From an uncultured Chloroflexia bacterium (GTDB taxonomy: Bacteria; Chloroflexota; Limnocylindria; Limnocylindrales; CSP1-4): DNA of 64,000 nucleotides. The notes below the pieces were generated by a model. That model was not told where the DNA came from and did no database searches. It saw only the letters and a program-made list of their open reading frames with translations. Below, in pieces: positions 1 through 10,375 of this stretch (the first letter of the stretch is position 1; every line of letters starts with the position of its first letter). The translations under genes and the position numbers were made by a program. The stretch covers positions 1 through 64,000 of the forward strand of contig CAVVYR010000032.1 of the NCBI GenBank assembly GCA_963752475.1. The letters run 5' to 3'.

Positions 1-308
1 TCGATGGTCAGCCGATGCACGTCCGCTACGAGATGACCGACGACGGGCACGTCCGCTCGGTCGTCTTCGACCGCTGGGGCGACCCTGACGGCACCGGCAG
101 CTGGGGCCTGTGGCCGTTCGGGGGCGAGTTCACCGGCCACGCCTCGTTCGACGGCGTCACGATCCCCGGCGCCGGTCGAATGGGATGGCACTACGGCACC
201 GACCGCTGGGTCGACGGCGAGTTCTTCCGTTACCGGACTCGACCTGTCGCTCCATCGGGGATGACCGGCTTCCCGATGTGCCATCTGCCCGCGGGGCTCC
301 CGTGCTGA
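1..308 (+). CDS. Hypothetical protein, C-terminal part (DUF6544/DUF6920-like), probably truncated by window edge
   Basis: ORF 15..308 has RWGDPD...PFGGEF...FDGVTIP...GWHYG..EFFR, resembling DUF6544-type C-termini; family recalled, not searched. Confidence 0.5.
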   Translation, partial: DGQPMHVRYEMTDDGHVRSVVFDRWGDPDGTGSWGLWPFGGEFTGHASFDGVTIPGAGRMGWHYGTDRWVDGEFFRYRTRPVAPSGMTGFPMCHLPAGLPC

Positions 309-1526
309 GTCGCATCTCGCCGGTGAGCTTCATCGGTGTCGCCGGGTACACCGTCCTGCTGGCGGCCGGCTACGCCTACAACCTGACGTTCGTCCAGCTG
401 GGGCTGTCAGCCCTGGCCGCTGGCCCGGTCGGCCTCACCGAGCACGAGGTGGCGGTGGCGATGGCGGGTCTGAGCTCCTGACCTGTCTCAGTGCGATCGC
501 TGCGGGTCTGCGCCTTCGGGGCGCGACCTTCCGCACGAAGCTTCGGGTCACGGCATTGGTCGTCGCGGTGCAGACGTGCTGACGGCATTCGTGCCGGCCA
601 TCGACGGACCGGGGGCGTTCTGGCCCTGGCTCTTACTGGCCGCCGTCATCCTCGGAGTCGGCGTCCCCGCGACGTTCGGGCTGGCCACCGACCTGGTACC
701 GGTGCGATGGCGCGGGCTGACGGCGGCGGCGATCTCGGCGCTCGCCTACGGCGGTGCCATCGCGTTCCTGGGGGAGTGGGACGCTCGCGTCCTGGCCGAG
801 CGACTCCTCCCGCTGATGGCGCTAGGCACCGTCGGACTGGCGGCGCTGGCCCTCGAGCCCGGTCCACTGCGGCAGGTGACGGATCGCCTATCCGGACAGG
901 CCGCCTTGGCCGGATTCGGGCGAGGTCGGTTCGCGGGACCGGGTGCGGAACGGCGACTCCTCGTCGCCGCCGGCCTGCTCTTCGCGGTGTTCTTCGTGGA
1001 CAGCCTGGGATTCGTGCGACTGATCGAGAGTCCCTTCGTGACCACCTCGTGGCAGTCGTCCGAGCTGCTGGATCGGGGCACGCTCATCGGCGCGCACGTC
1101 GTCGGGGCATTGGTCGGTGGCATCCTCTACTCGACGTTCGACGAGCGCTTCCTGTGGCCCTGGATTTTCGGCATCTTCGGGCTCGTGGCCATGATCTACG
1201 TGCTCGACGTCCGTCTGGGGATGTTCTCGCAGGCGCTCGCCATGCCCGTCCTCTACGCCGTGGCGGTGAGCCTCTATACGGTGATCGCGTTCGCCCTCTG
1301 GCCGGACCTCTCGACCCCTGACACCGTCACCCGCAACGTCGCCGTGGGCGTAGCCATCTCGGGCTGGGCGGCGACCTTCGCCTCGACCGCGCTGGCGCTC
1401 GTGTGGCGCTCCTCGGGCATGGACTTCGATCGGCACCTCTCGCTGGTCGCCGCCGTCTCTCTCTTGGCGATCGCGGCGTTCGGCACACGGGCGCTCTTCC
1501 GCACCGACCGGAGGTCGAACGCGTGA
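302..1526 (+). CDS. MFS-like multi-pass membrane protein, frameshifted at about 480-575
   Basis: Hydrophobic N-terminus from GTG 302 (VSFIGVAGYTVLLAAGYAYNL) stops at 481; multi-TM ORF 576..1526 continues it. Confidence 0.6.
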
Positions 1527-2394
1527 GGCGCCTGTTCCTCTGGTTGGTCATCACGACCAGCGTCCTCGCTGGCTGCAGCAGCGAGGGCATCGCGGGGGTC
1601 ACCGTGGTCACCTCGGGTGAGCACGACGTCGGACCCGTACGACTCCTCGGAGACATGGTCGTCCTTGACGGCACGCTCGAGCTGGACGAAGGGGGCACGG
1701 TCACGGGCTCCGTCCATGTCCTCGGTGGTCTCGCCCTGATCGCGGGCGACGTCGATGGCGATGTCACGGTCATCAGTGGCCGGGTACGGCTCGAGCCCAG
1801 CGCGGTGGTCCACGGAGATGTCTCGGTCAGCGCCGGAGGCGTCCTGGATGTGGATGAAGGCGCCACGATCGGCGGGTCTCTCACCCAAGGCCTGACCGTG
1901 GATGCAGGCGCGGGATCCGACTGGCTCGACCCCTTCGCGTTCCTGTTGCGGACGACGCTCCTGGCACTCGCCATCGCTGCGGTCCGCCAGCTCGCGCCGC
2001 GGCGGACCCACATGATCGGGGGCTGGGCTGGCCGACTACCGGCAGCCAGCGGCGCCTATGGGGTCCTAGTCGGCCTCGTGGGCCTCTCGCTCGCGGTGTT
2101 CATGGCCTTCACGATCGTCCTGGCACCGGTCGCGCTCATCGTGCTTGCCCTGTTGGGTCTGGGTGCGTTGGTCGGCCTCGCCGGGGTCGCCGCCGCGATC
2201 GACGATCGCGTCCGTGGCGAGCGGGGCTGGCGTGGCGTGGGCACGATTCCTGTGCCCTCGCGCTGAACCTGGCACCAGCGGTACCGGTCGTGGGACTGCT
2301 GGCCACGCTCTTCGTCGTCGCCATTGCGCTCGGCGCGACCGGGCTCTCTTTCCAGCGGGGGGGGGTGGGCCTCACCGCTCGCGAGGAGTCGTAA
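1523..2394 (+). CDS. Lipoprotein with bactofilin-like beta-helix repeats plus membrane domain; 3' end probably frameshifted
   Basis: Lipobox VLAGC; G-D/S-V-x-V-x-G-G repeats followed by TM helices; ORF stops at 2266 but hydrophobic coding appears to continue to about TAA 2394. Confidence 0.6.
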
Positions 2395-2630
2395 TGGAGG
2401 AACTGCAGAGCGACTGCGCAATGCCGAGGGCGGACCTCGGCAGCCGGTCGGACGGGGTCCTTGCTGACCGAGGCACCAGGTCCGGAGGGCGGAACCCACA
2501 TGGCTTTGATGAGGCGCCCGGGTGCCGGTGAGCCGGCGCGCGGCCTCCAGTCCCAAACCCGGCGGCGTCGGCCGCCGACTGGCGCGAACCGGATCACGGG
2601 CACCGGAGAGGAGGCGCCAGACGAGGGGGA

Positions 2631-2654
2631 CGAACCTACCCGCAGATAGGCGAC
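2631..2654. promoter_or_regulatory. Candidate LuxR-type operator, copy 1 (CGAA-CCTACC-N4-GATAGG-CGAC)
   Basis: Near-palindrome repeated with identical flanks at 5673-5696. Confidence 0.6.
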
Positions 2655-2705
2655 ACCGGACGGTCGAGACGGCCTACTTGCACGTACAAGCAATGAGGTA
2701 CGCCA

Positions 2706-2957
2706 GTGGCCAACGCAAATCGACGAGCGGGAGGCCGGTACGAGATCGTGCTCCAGACCCGGCTCGGTGCGCGGTCCGCCCGGTGGTTCGAGGGTTTCGA
2801 GCAGCAGGGCATCCCGGCCGGCGGCGTCATCCTGCGGGGTTTCATCGAGGACCAGGCCGCGCTGCACGGCGTGCTCGGCCGGATCCGGGACCTCGGTATC
2901 TCGCTTGTCTCGGTCCGCCTGCTGGACGGGGACGACGAACCATCATCCGGAGCATGA
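2706..2957 (+). CDS. Small hypothetical protein (Y-E-I...WF.G...DQAALHG.L..IRDLG motif)
   Basis: 83 aa ORF convergent with the MalT-like gene, downstream of an operator copy. Confidence 0.7.
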   Translation: MANANRRAGGRYEIVLQTRLGARSARWFEGFEQQGIPAGGVILRGFIEDQAALHGVLGRIRDLGISLVSVRLLDGDDEPSSGA

Positions 2958-2972
2958 TCCAAGGCGGGGCGT

Positions 2973-5606
2973 TCACGCGAGGCCCAGTTCGTGGGCCCGA
3001 GCCACGAGCGTGACGCGATTGCGGGCTCCGAGCTTGGCGATGACGTTGTGCACGTGCCACTTCGCCGTCCCGCTGGTCACGAACAGCTCGCTGCCGATCT
3101 CGTCGTTGGACAGTCCGGCGACGACGAGGCGCAGGACCTCGAGCTCCCGCACGGTGAGTGGCTCCACGAGCCGGTCGCTCGCGGTGGTCTCCTCGCCCGG
3201 ATCCCGTGAACCGCCGAGCGGTCCGGTCGCTGGCCCGCCCGGTCGCAGCGAATCCACGAAGGCCGGGGCGATGTGCCGGGCGCGACGCAGCAGGTCGCCG
3301 AGCGGAAGCACGGGGTCGAGGAAGGCCCGGCGGTATCCCTCACCGGCGGCGAGCAGGAGCGCTTCTTCGAGGGCCGCGGCCGCATCGCCCGCGTGGCCGA
3401 GCGACCGATGCGCCCACGCCGTGGCCGTCAAGGTGGCGAGGAGGCGCCCGTTGCGCGAACCTCTGCGCTGGTCGTCCGCTAGCGGACCGAGCACGCGAAG
3501 CAAATCACCGGGACGCCCACGCGCGGCGAGGACGCGAGCGCGGGCCAGCCGCTGGCGATCGCGTACCGTGCCGAGCACCGACGGCGAGACCGACGGCAGC
3601 GTCTCGAGCCGTTCATCCGCGCCGACTGGATCGCCTTCGAGCAGGAGCAGCTCGGCGCCAAGCATGGTCATCGCCATGGCCACCCGCTCGATGCCTGCCC
3701 GCGATGCGTCCCGTTGGATCTCTTCCAGCCGCTGCCATGCCCGCGACGGCTCGCCGAGCAGGTGCAGGCCGAGGACCTCGTACCACTCCGAGGCTCCGAG
3801 CATCGTGATCCGCAGGCCGGCACGTTCGCACAGCTCCTGGCCGGTGACGATGTGCTGGCGCGCCGAGACCAGCTGGTCGGCCTCGAACATCGCCACCCCG
3901 AGCACGAGGTGCACCATCCCCATCCACGAGGGGGTGTGGCCTCCACGTCCGCCGAGCTCATCAAGCATCCCGCGGCTGAGAGCCTCCGCGGCGCCACGTC
4001 GGCCCCCCACGACATAGGTGCTCGCGAGCGAGTACACCGTGCCCGCCAGCAGCGCCGTCGGTTCACCCTCGGCCACGAACCGGTGGGCCCGCTCGAACGC
4101 CTCGAGGGCGGCGTTCACATCCCGATGGACGAGGCATTCACCGAGGGTCGTATAGGCAAGGCTCCCGAACACGCCATCCGACTTCGGGATCTGGTCGATG
4201 GCGTGCCGTGCGAGGGCTTCTGCGTCGGGCCGATCGCGGCGGTTGGCGAACCATGCCTCGAGACACGCTCGCCGGGCGCGGGCCAGCCCATCTGGCAGGT
4301 CTTCGCCGTCGAGAGCCGCGATCGCGGTCTCTGCCGCGGCGATGTCGCCCAGGAAGAACAGGACCCAGGCGCGCCCGACGAGCAGCGCGGGGTGCGAGGC
4401 CAGCACCTGGGGAGGCAGGGCCTCGCACCAGCCGAGGATCGTGCGAAGCTCGCCGTGGGCCAACCTCGATTCGAGCGCCGACTCGATCTGGATCGCCGCC
4501 ATCTCGGGATCGCCTGCAGCGAACGCATGGCGGATCGCGTCCTGTGGGAACCCGTGTGCCGCGAACCATGTCGTGGCGCGCCGGTGGAGCTCGGACCTCC
4601 GGTCCGCAGGCAGGGCCGACATCACGAGATCGGCGAACAGCCGGTGGTACCGGAACCACTCGCCACGCGCGTCGATCCGTGCCAAGAAGACGTTGGCTTC
4701 GCTCAATGCCGCGAGCATCGACGCGCCGTCACTCCCGCCCGTGACCACGTCGCACAGAGGCCCGGTGAGGCGGTCCAGCACGCATGTCGCCTCGAGGAAC
4801 CGCCGGGTAGCCGGGGCCTGGCTCGCGAGCGCCTCATCCATGAGGTAGTCGAAGATGTAGCGGTCGGTCGCGCCGAACGCCTCGACGAACGCATCGATGT
4901 CCGTCGTCGCGCGAAGGGACAGGGCCGCAAGCTGGAGACCAGCGATCCAGCCCTCGGTGCGGTCGGTCAGCTGAGCGATCGCAGCATCTGACACGTCGAC
5001 CCGCATCGATCCCGTCATGAACGTGGCGGCCTCCTGCGCAGAGAAGCGGAGGTCCTCGGCGCGAACCTCGGTCAGCTGGCCACGCAGCCGCAGGCGGGCC
5101 AGCGGCAACGGCGGGTCCTGGCGTGTGACGATCACGACCCGGACGGTCGGGGGTAGGTGCCGGACGAGGTAGGCCGTGAACCCATGGGCCGCTGGGCTGG
5201 TGACGAGGTGGTAATCGTCGAGCACGAGGACCGGCGGAACGTCCAGCGAGGCGAGCGCGTTCACGAGTGGCGCGAGCGACGCTGGATCGGCGGTGCCCGC
5301 GAGGACGCGGTCAAGGCCGTCGGGCAATCCTGGGACCGCACGCCGGACCGCGGCCACGAGATACGCGACGAAGACCGCGGGGTCGTCATCCGACTCGTCG
5401 ACGGTCAGCCAGGCGCTCGGTAGCTGCTCCCCGTCGAGCCAGCTCGAGACGAGCGTCGACTTGCCGTAGCCGGGCGGCGCGGAGACGAGCACCAAGCCAC
5501 GGGACGCCTTGAGGCGTTCGATGAGGGCGGCTCGCCCGACGACGTCATGGGCCGGGTCCGGCGGACGCGTCGACTTGGTCTGGAGAAGCTGGACGGCGTC
5601 GGGAAT
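2973..5606 (-). CDS. MalT-family (LAL) ATP-dependent LuxR transcriptional regulator
   Basis: Walker A APPGYGKST, Walker B LVLDDYH, TEGW, FRYHRLF, C-terminal LuxR HTH (LTVRELEVL..GLSNDEIG); start uncertain (ATT 5606 or GTG 5720). Confidence 0.92.
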   Translation of the reverse strand: MPDAVQLLQTKSTRPPDPAHDVVGRAALIERLKASRGLVLVSAPPGYGKSTLVSSWLDGEQLPSAWLTVDESDDDPAVFVAYLVAAVRRAVPGLPDGLDRVLAGTADPASLAPLVNALASLDVPPVLVLDDYHLVTSPAAHGFTAYLVRHLPPTVRVVIVTRQDPPLPLARLRLRGQLTEVRAEDLRFSAQEAATFMTGSMRVDVSDAAIAQLTDRTEGWIAGLQLAALSLRATTDIDAFVEAFGATDRYIFDYLMDEALASQAPATRRFLEATCVLDRLTGPLCDVVTGGSDGASMLAALSEANVFLARIDARGEWFRYHRLFADLVMSALPADRRSELHRRATTWFAAHGFPQDAIRHAFAAGDPEMAAIQIESALESRLAHGELRTILGWCEALPPQVLASHPALLVGRAWVLFFLGDIAAAETAIAALDGEDLPDGLARARRACLEAWFANRRDRPDAEALARHAIDQIPKSDGVFGSLAYTTLGECLVHRDVNAALEAFERAHRFVAEGEPTALLAGTVYSLASTYVVGGRRGAAEALSRGMLDELGGRGGHTPSWMGMVHLVLGVAMFEADQLVSARQHIVTGQELCERAGLRITMLGASEWYEVLGLHLLGEPSRAWQRLEEIQRDASRAGIERVAMAMTMLGAELLLLEGDPVGADERLETLPSVSPSVLGTVRDRQRLARARVLAARGRPGDLLRVLGPLADDQRRGSRNGRLLATLTATAWAHRSLGHAGDAAAALEEALLLAAGEGYRRAFLDPVLPLGDLLRRARHIAPAFVDSLRPGGPATGPLGGSRDPGEETTASDRLVEPLTVRELEVLRLVVAGLSNDEIGSELFVTSGTAKWHVHNVIAKLGARNRVTLVARAHELGLA

Positions 5607-5672
5607 GTGATCGGTCTCCGGCTCTAGTGGACGCGTATCCAGTGTGCACCACGAACAGCGATCCGAGGGTCC

Positions 5673-5696
5673 CGAACCTACCTGAGGGTAGGCGAC
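5673..5696. promoter_or_regulatory. Candidate LuxR-type operator, copy 2 (CGAA-CCTACC-TGAG-GGTAGG-CGAC)
   Basis: Perfect 6-4-6 inverted repeat in the divergent intergenic region. Confidence 0.65.
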
Positions 5697-5797
5697 GAGC
5701 CTACCCTCCCGCCGCTTCACTGGGTGGCATCGATGGGTGCCCCGAGATCGAGACGCGATCGGCGCGTCCCCACCCGTCCGAAGGAGATCCGACCGCC

Positions 5798-6714
5798 ATG
5801 ACCGTCATGACTTACCCCTCCGCCGCGGGCCCGGGCACCCGGGCCTATGGGGGCTTCGGGATCCGCCTGCTCGCCTTCGTGGTCGACGGGCTGGTGATCG
5901 GCGCCCTTGTCGCCATCGCATCTCTCATCGGGTTCGGCCGGGCGCCGACGCAGACATGGCTGCCCACGCTCGAGACGGCCGTCGGGTTCGTGTATCTCAC
6001 GACCTGCTGGTCGTACCTGGGCGGTGGCGCCACGCTCGGGATGCGCCTCTTCGGGCTGCGGGTAGTCGGCGTCGACGGGGCGCCCGTCGGACTCGCTGCG
6101 GCCATCGTCCGCTGGGTCGGCATCGTGATCTCGGCAGCGCTGCTGCTGCTCGGGCTAGCCTGGATCGCACTCGATCCACGCAAGCAAGGGTGGCACGACA
6201 AGCTCGCCGGCACGGTCGTCGTACGTGATACACCTGACGGCGATGTGGGCGAGTCGGCAGGTGCGCCCGCCTCGATGGCCGAGGGCGTGGCCCACTCGAG
6301 CGCGCGGATCGTGGCCGTCGCCTTGGGCATCCTAGGCACTGCGCTCGCCGCGGGCGGCGCCCTCCTCGCGCTCCAGGGTGACGCGGTACTTCGGTCGGAC
6401 AGCACGGTGATCCTGGTCGCCGGCGTCGCGGCCACCACCTTCGTCAGCGTGCTCCTGGCCTGGTTCCGGCCGGGCATCTCGGCCATCCTGTTCGTCGGTG
6501 CCACGGTGGCCCTCCTGCTCGTGGTCGGGCCGCTCGTCGGCCCCTGGTATGACGGCCTGCTCGCATCCACAGCAGCCGGTCCGGTCGCCGAGAACGCCTA
6601 CTGGTTCTCGGCTCCTGCGGTCGCGATCCTGCTCCTCTCGGGGATGACACTGATCCTCGCCGCTGTCGCATCAGTCGTCGGCAACGGCGGCCACGAAGAA
6701 GGATCACGGGATGA
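5798..6714 (+). CDS. RDD-family membrane protein with extra TM domain; stop probably displaced by a 1-nt indel
   Basis: YGGFGIRLLAFVVD...TLGMRLFGLRVV...KQGWHDKLAGT; SD AAGGAG before ATG 5798; frame runs into the next gene, with an ATGA overlap at 6711-6714 one base off. Confidence 0.8.
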
Positions 6715-8261
6715 GCACGTCGACACGGTCACTCGCCCGAATCGGCCCCCGCTACACCATCGAGCTCGCCCACGCGCTGGCACCGGTGACATCCTTCGTG
6801 CTCGGAGCGGCGCTGGCGCTCATCAGCAGCGTGCCCATGCCACGCGGTCCGGTGACCGATGGACAGGGGCTCGTGGTCATCGCCAGCTCCCTCGTCGTCG
6901 GCCTTGCGGCCGGGTACCTCATGCGCTCGCGGTGGGCCATGCTCATCGTGCCGCTGGCCTACATCGTCACGTACGAGCTCGCCCGCCTGGGCATCGAGGG
7001 CGCCAGCCTGGAGGGCTTCCGCTTCGACTCCCCGTACGGGATCGTCGCGCTCGTCGTGGGTCGCGGGTTCCACGGCCTCCTGGCGCTGGTGCCGATGGCG
7101 GCAGCAGCCGGCATCGGTGCCGCAATCGCCAAGCGGGGCGCGTCCTCCCGGTCGACACCGAGGCGACTGCTGGCGAACCTCCCGACAGCGCTGCTGCTGC
7201 TCGTGACGCTGAGCCTGGCCGTACTCCTGGCGCTCCCCGCCGCGACCCCGCCCATCCTCGGAGCCGACGGCCGACCCATCGCCGGCAGCGTGGCGGAGCT
7301 CACCCGTGTCGAGCTGGGGGGCACCGAGCAAACCATCTCGATCCGAGCCGCCGACCCCAAGAAGCCGGTCCTGCTCTATCTGTCTGGCGGCCCGGGGCAG
7401 AGCGACCTGGCCTTCGCCCGTGTCCTGCTCGAACCGCTCGAGCAAGACTTCGTCGTGGTGGCCTGGGATCAGCGGGGCACGGGCCGCTCCTACGGCGCGC
7501 TCGACCCCACGGCCGATCTCACCCTCGAGCAGGCCGTGGCCGACACGATCGAGCTGACCGAGTACCTGCGGGCCCGCTTCGACGAACAGGCGATCTACCT
7601 GCTGGGCGAGTCCTGGGGCACGACCCTCGGGGTGCTCGCGGTCCAGCAGCGACCGGACCTTTACCACGCGTACATCGGCTCCGGTCAGATGGTGAGCCAG
7701 CGCGAGACGGACCGCATCATCTGGCGCGACCTGCTGGCCTGGGCCGACGAGCACGACGAATGGGCGCTGTATGACCAGGTGCTGACCCTCGGCGAACCAC
7801 CCTACCGCGACACCCCCTGGGCCAACAGCTTCGTCATGGGCTACTACGGTGCCCTCGAGACCTCGTATGAGCCGCCCGCGTCGTACATGGAGCGCGGCGA
7901 GTCCTCGGGCATCGGCCCCTACGGCGTGCTCGGGAGCGAGTACGGGTTGGTCGACAAGGCCAACGTCATCCGCGGGCTCATCGACATGTTCTCGCTCATG
8001 TACCCGCAGCTCCAGGAGATCGACTTCCGCCAGGACGTCCTCAGCCTCGACGTGCCCGTGATCGTCCTCGACGGGGCCCACGAGCTGCGGGGGCGACGAT
8101 CCCTGGCCATGGAGTGGTTCGAGGCACTGGAGGCGCCGTACAAGCGACTCGTCACCTACGAGGACGCGGGCCACTCCGTCGTCTTCGAGCAAGCCGACGC
8201 CTTCCGGGCGCTGATGGCCGAGGAGATCGTGCCGCTGACCTACGATGGAGAGGAGGCCTGA
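6711..8261 (+). CDS. Membrane-anchored alpha/beta hydrolase (proline iminopeptidase-like)
   Basis: N-terminal TM helices, SGGPG, WDQRGTGRS, nucleophile GESWG, catalytic AGH. Confidence 0.88.
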   Translation: MSTSTRSLARIGPRYTIELAHALAPVTSFVLGAALALISSVPMPRGPVTDGQGLVVIASSLVVGLAAGYLMRSRWAMLIVPLAYIVTYELARLGIEGASLEGFRFDSPYGIVALVVGRGFHGLLALVPMAAAAGIGAAIAKRGASSRSTPRRLLANLPTALLLLVTLSLAVLLALPAATPPILGADGRPIAGSVAELTRVELGGTEQTISIRAADPKKPVLLYLSGGPGQSDLAFARVLLEPLEQDFVVVAWDQRGTGRSYGALDPTADLTLEQAVADTIELTEYLRARFDEQAIYLLGESWGTTLGVLAVQQRPDLYHAYIGSGQMVSQRETDRIIWRDLLAWADEHDEWALYDQVLTLGEPPYRDTPWANSFVMGYYGALETSYEPPASYMERGESSGIGPYGVLGSEYGLVDKANVIRGLIDMFSLMYPQLQEIDFRQDVLSLDVPVIVLDGAHELRGRRSLAMEWFEALEAPYKRLVTYEDAGHSVVFEQADAFRALMAEEIVPLTYDGEEA

Positions 8262-8263
8262 CG

Positions 8264-8956
8264 GTGGCCGAGAGCAACCAGCTGCTGGCGCTGTTCGAGC
8301 GTTACAACCCCGACGTCTGGCCGTTGCCCGTGATCGGCTACCTCGTGGCCGGCATCGCGCTGGGCCTCATCGCCCTGCGACCGGGCCGGTCGACCGATCG
8401 ACTCGTGACCGCAATGCTCGCCCTCGCCTGGCTCTGGCTGGGCGTAGTCTTCCAGGGCATCTACGTCCGACAGGTCAACGCCGTCCTCGGCATCGTCGGT
8501 GCCCTCGTCTTCGTCTCCGGGGCGGTGTTGCTGTTCCGTGCCGGTGTGGCGCGAGATGATCTGCGCTTCCGCTTCGCAGGGGAGCCGCTTCCCGTCTTGG
8601 GAGTAGCGGCCCTGGCCTATGCGATCGTCGTGTATCCGCTCATCGGGATCGTGCTGGGCCATGGCTATCCCCATGCCCCATTGCTCGGGGCCGCACCATG
8701 CCCGACGGCCATCGCCACGTTCGGGCTGCTCCTCATCGCTCGACCCCCCTTGCCGGCCCACCTCCTCGCGATGCCCATGGTCTGGGCCGTCCTCGGTCCG
8801 CTCGGGGCGGTGCCGCAGGGTGTCGTCGAGGACGTCGCGCTGTTCGTCGTCGGCGTCGCCGCCAGTACCCTCGTCCTCCTGCGAGACTGGCCGTGGCAAG
8901 GGCGTGCCGGCAAGGGAACCGGGCACGCCGCGCCGATAGCTCAAGGAGGCAGGTGA
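8264..8956 (+). CDS. Membrane protein (DUF6064-like)
   Basis: LFERYN..VWP, multiple TM helices, G.APCPT..ATFGLL. Confidence 0.7.
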   Translation: MAESNQLLALFERYNPDVWPLPVIGYLVAGIALGLIALRPGRSTDRLVTAMLALAWLWLGVVFQGIYVRQVNAVLGIVGALVFVSGAVLLFRAGVARDDLRFRFAGEPLPVLGVAALAYAIVVYPLIGIVLGHGYPHAPLLGAAPCPTAIATFGLLLIARPPLPAHLLAMPMVWAVLGPLGAVPQGVVEDVALFVVGVAASTLVLLRDWPWQGRAGKGTGHAAPIAQGGR

Positions 8957-8962
8957 CCACCG

Positions 8963-9994
8963 ATGGAGCATCTCGCTGACCGACGACCCGTTCCCGGTAG
9001 CATCTCCGAGAAGCTGTTCGTGGAGATCAACGGTGCTCGGCAGGGCCTGTTCCTCAAGGGAGTGGACCGGCGCAATCCCGTCCTGCTCTTCCTCCACGGG
9101 GGTATCCCTGTCACGTTCCTCACCGCGGATCATCCGACCGGCCTCGAAGACCTGTTCACGGTCGCGTGGTGGGAGCAACGCGGGTCTGGGCTGTCGTTCG
9201 ACCCGGCCGCCGGCCCTGACGTGCTCACGACCGAGCTGCTGATCGCCGACACGCTCGCGGTCACTGACTACCTGCGCCGCCGCTTCGGGCATGACCGCGT
9301 GTACCTCATGGCGCACTCGGGCGGCACCTTCATCGGCCCACGAGTCGTGGCCCGGGCCCCGGAGCGCTATCACGCCTACATCGGCGTCGCCCAGATGGTG
9401 GACCAGCTCGAGTCGGAGCGGCTGGCCTATGAGTTCATGCTTGCCCACTTCCGCCAACTGGACGACCGGGCGATGGTGCGACGGCTGGAGGCGGCACCGG
9501 TCACCTCCAGCGGGACGCCTCCCGGCTACCTGGCCCTGCGCGACACAGCCATGCACCGGCTCGGGATCGGCACGACCCATGAGATGCGATCGATCGTGAC
9601 CGGGCTCTTGCTGCCATCGCTCAGGTTCTCCGAGTACACCCTGCGCGAGAAGATCGATCTCTGGCGAGCCAAGCGGCGCGCAGGGGTGAGCCCCTTCTGG
9701 GCTGAGATGCTCGCGACCGATCTGACAGACGTCGTGCCCTCGCTCCCCGTCCCCGCGTACTTCTTCCATGGGCGCCACGACTACACCTGCTCCTACGAGC
9801 TCGCGAGTCGGTACGTCTCCGCGCTCGAGGCACCGGTGAAGGGCTTCTACACGTTCGAGCGGTCGGCCCACAGTCCGATCCTCGAGGAACCGGCGCGCAG
9901 CCTGGACATCCTGAGCCGGGACGTGCTTCGCGCGAGGGCCGACCTTGCGGATACCAGCGAAGCGTCACGCCAGGCCGAGCGGCCCTCCAGGTAG
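8963..9994 (+). CDS. Alpha/beta hydrolase
   Basis: LFLHGG, WEQRGSGLS, AHSGG nucleophile elbow, GRHD, SAHSP. Confidence 0.88.
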   Translation: MEHLADRRPVPGSISEKLFVEINGARQGLFLKGVDRRNPVLLFLHGGIPVTFLTADHPTGLEDLFTVAWWEQRGSGLSFDPAAGPDVLTTELLIADTLAVTDYLRRRFGHDRVYLMAHSGGTFIGPRVVARAPERYHAYIGVAQMVDQLESERLAYEFMLAHFRQLDDRAMVRRLEAAPVTSSGTPPGYLALRDTAMHRLGIGTTHEMRSIVTGLLLPSLRFSEYTLREKIDLWRAKRRAGVSPFWAEMLATDLTDVVPSLPVPAYFFHGRHDYTCSYELASRYVSALEAPVKGFYTFERSAHSPILEEPARSLDILSRDVLRARADLADTSEASRQAERPSR

Positions 9995-10075
9995 GGCCTG
10001 CAGCGCCGGGTTGATGCCCGACCGGTAGCCCGTAGACCAAGGGCGTGCACGGACGTCCTCCCCTCCTCCACTCGC

Positions 10076-10110
10076 GTCGGGCCGGGCGGGTCCACCACGC
10101 CCGGCCGACG
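10076..10110. terminator. GC-rich stem-loop after the hydrolase operon
   Basis: CGTCGGGCCGGGCG...CGCCCGGCCGACG inverted repeat; no U-tract. Confidence 0.35.
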
Positions 10111-10140
10111 CACCCTCGCCGATGAGCCCAGGCGCCCACG

Positions 10141-10371
10141 GGCGCTGTCGACGGTGCCGTCGTGGACGAAGCGGCTGTATGGGGCGGTGGAGATGACGCG
10201 GATGTCATCGCCCTCGCTCTCGACCGCGAGCCCGTCGTGGAGCCGCCCGGTCCGATAGGCCTGCTCGCGGACGATAGCCCGGGCATCGTCGAGGACGGCT
10301 TCGTCGAGCTGGGCCTCGATCCGTCGGCCGACCGCGCGGATGACGCGTTCGTCGAGCGTGAGGGTGCTCAT
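10141..10371 (-). pseudogene. HK97 gp10-like neck protein, N-terminal part (inverted)
   Basis: MSTLTLDE...YRTGRLHDGL...TAPYSRFVHDGT matches the gp10 RTG.L...Y..FV..GT pattern. Confidence 0.7.
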
Positions 10372-10375
10372 GGCG

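Noticed and set aside
2357-2365. G9 tract as a phase-variation switch
   Set aside because: Lies at the extreme 3' end of an already frameshifted gene in error-prone sequence
5627-7774. 715-aa RDD fusion ORF
   Set aside because: The C-terminal half is off-frame overlap of the hydrolase gene, best explained by an indel near 6700
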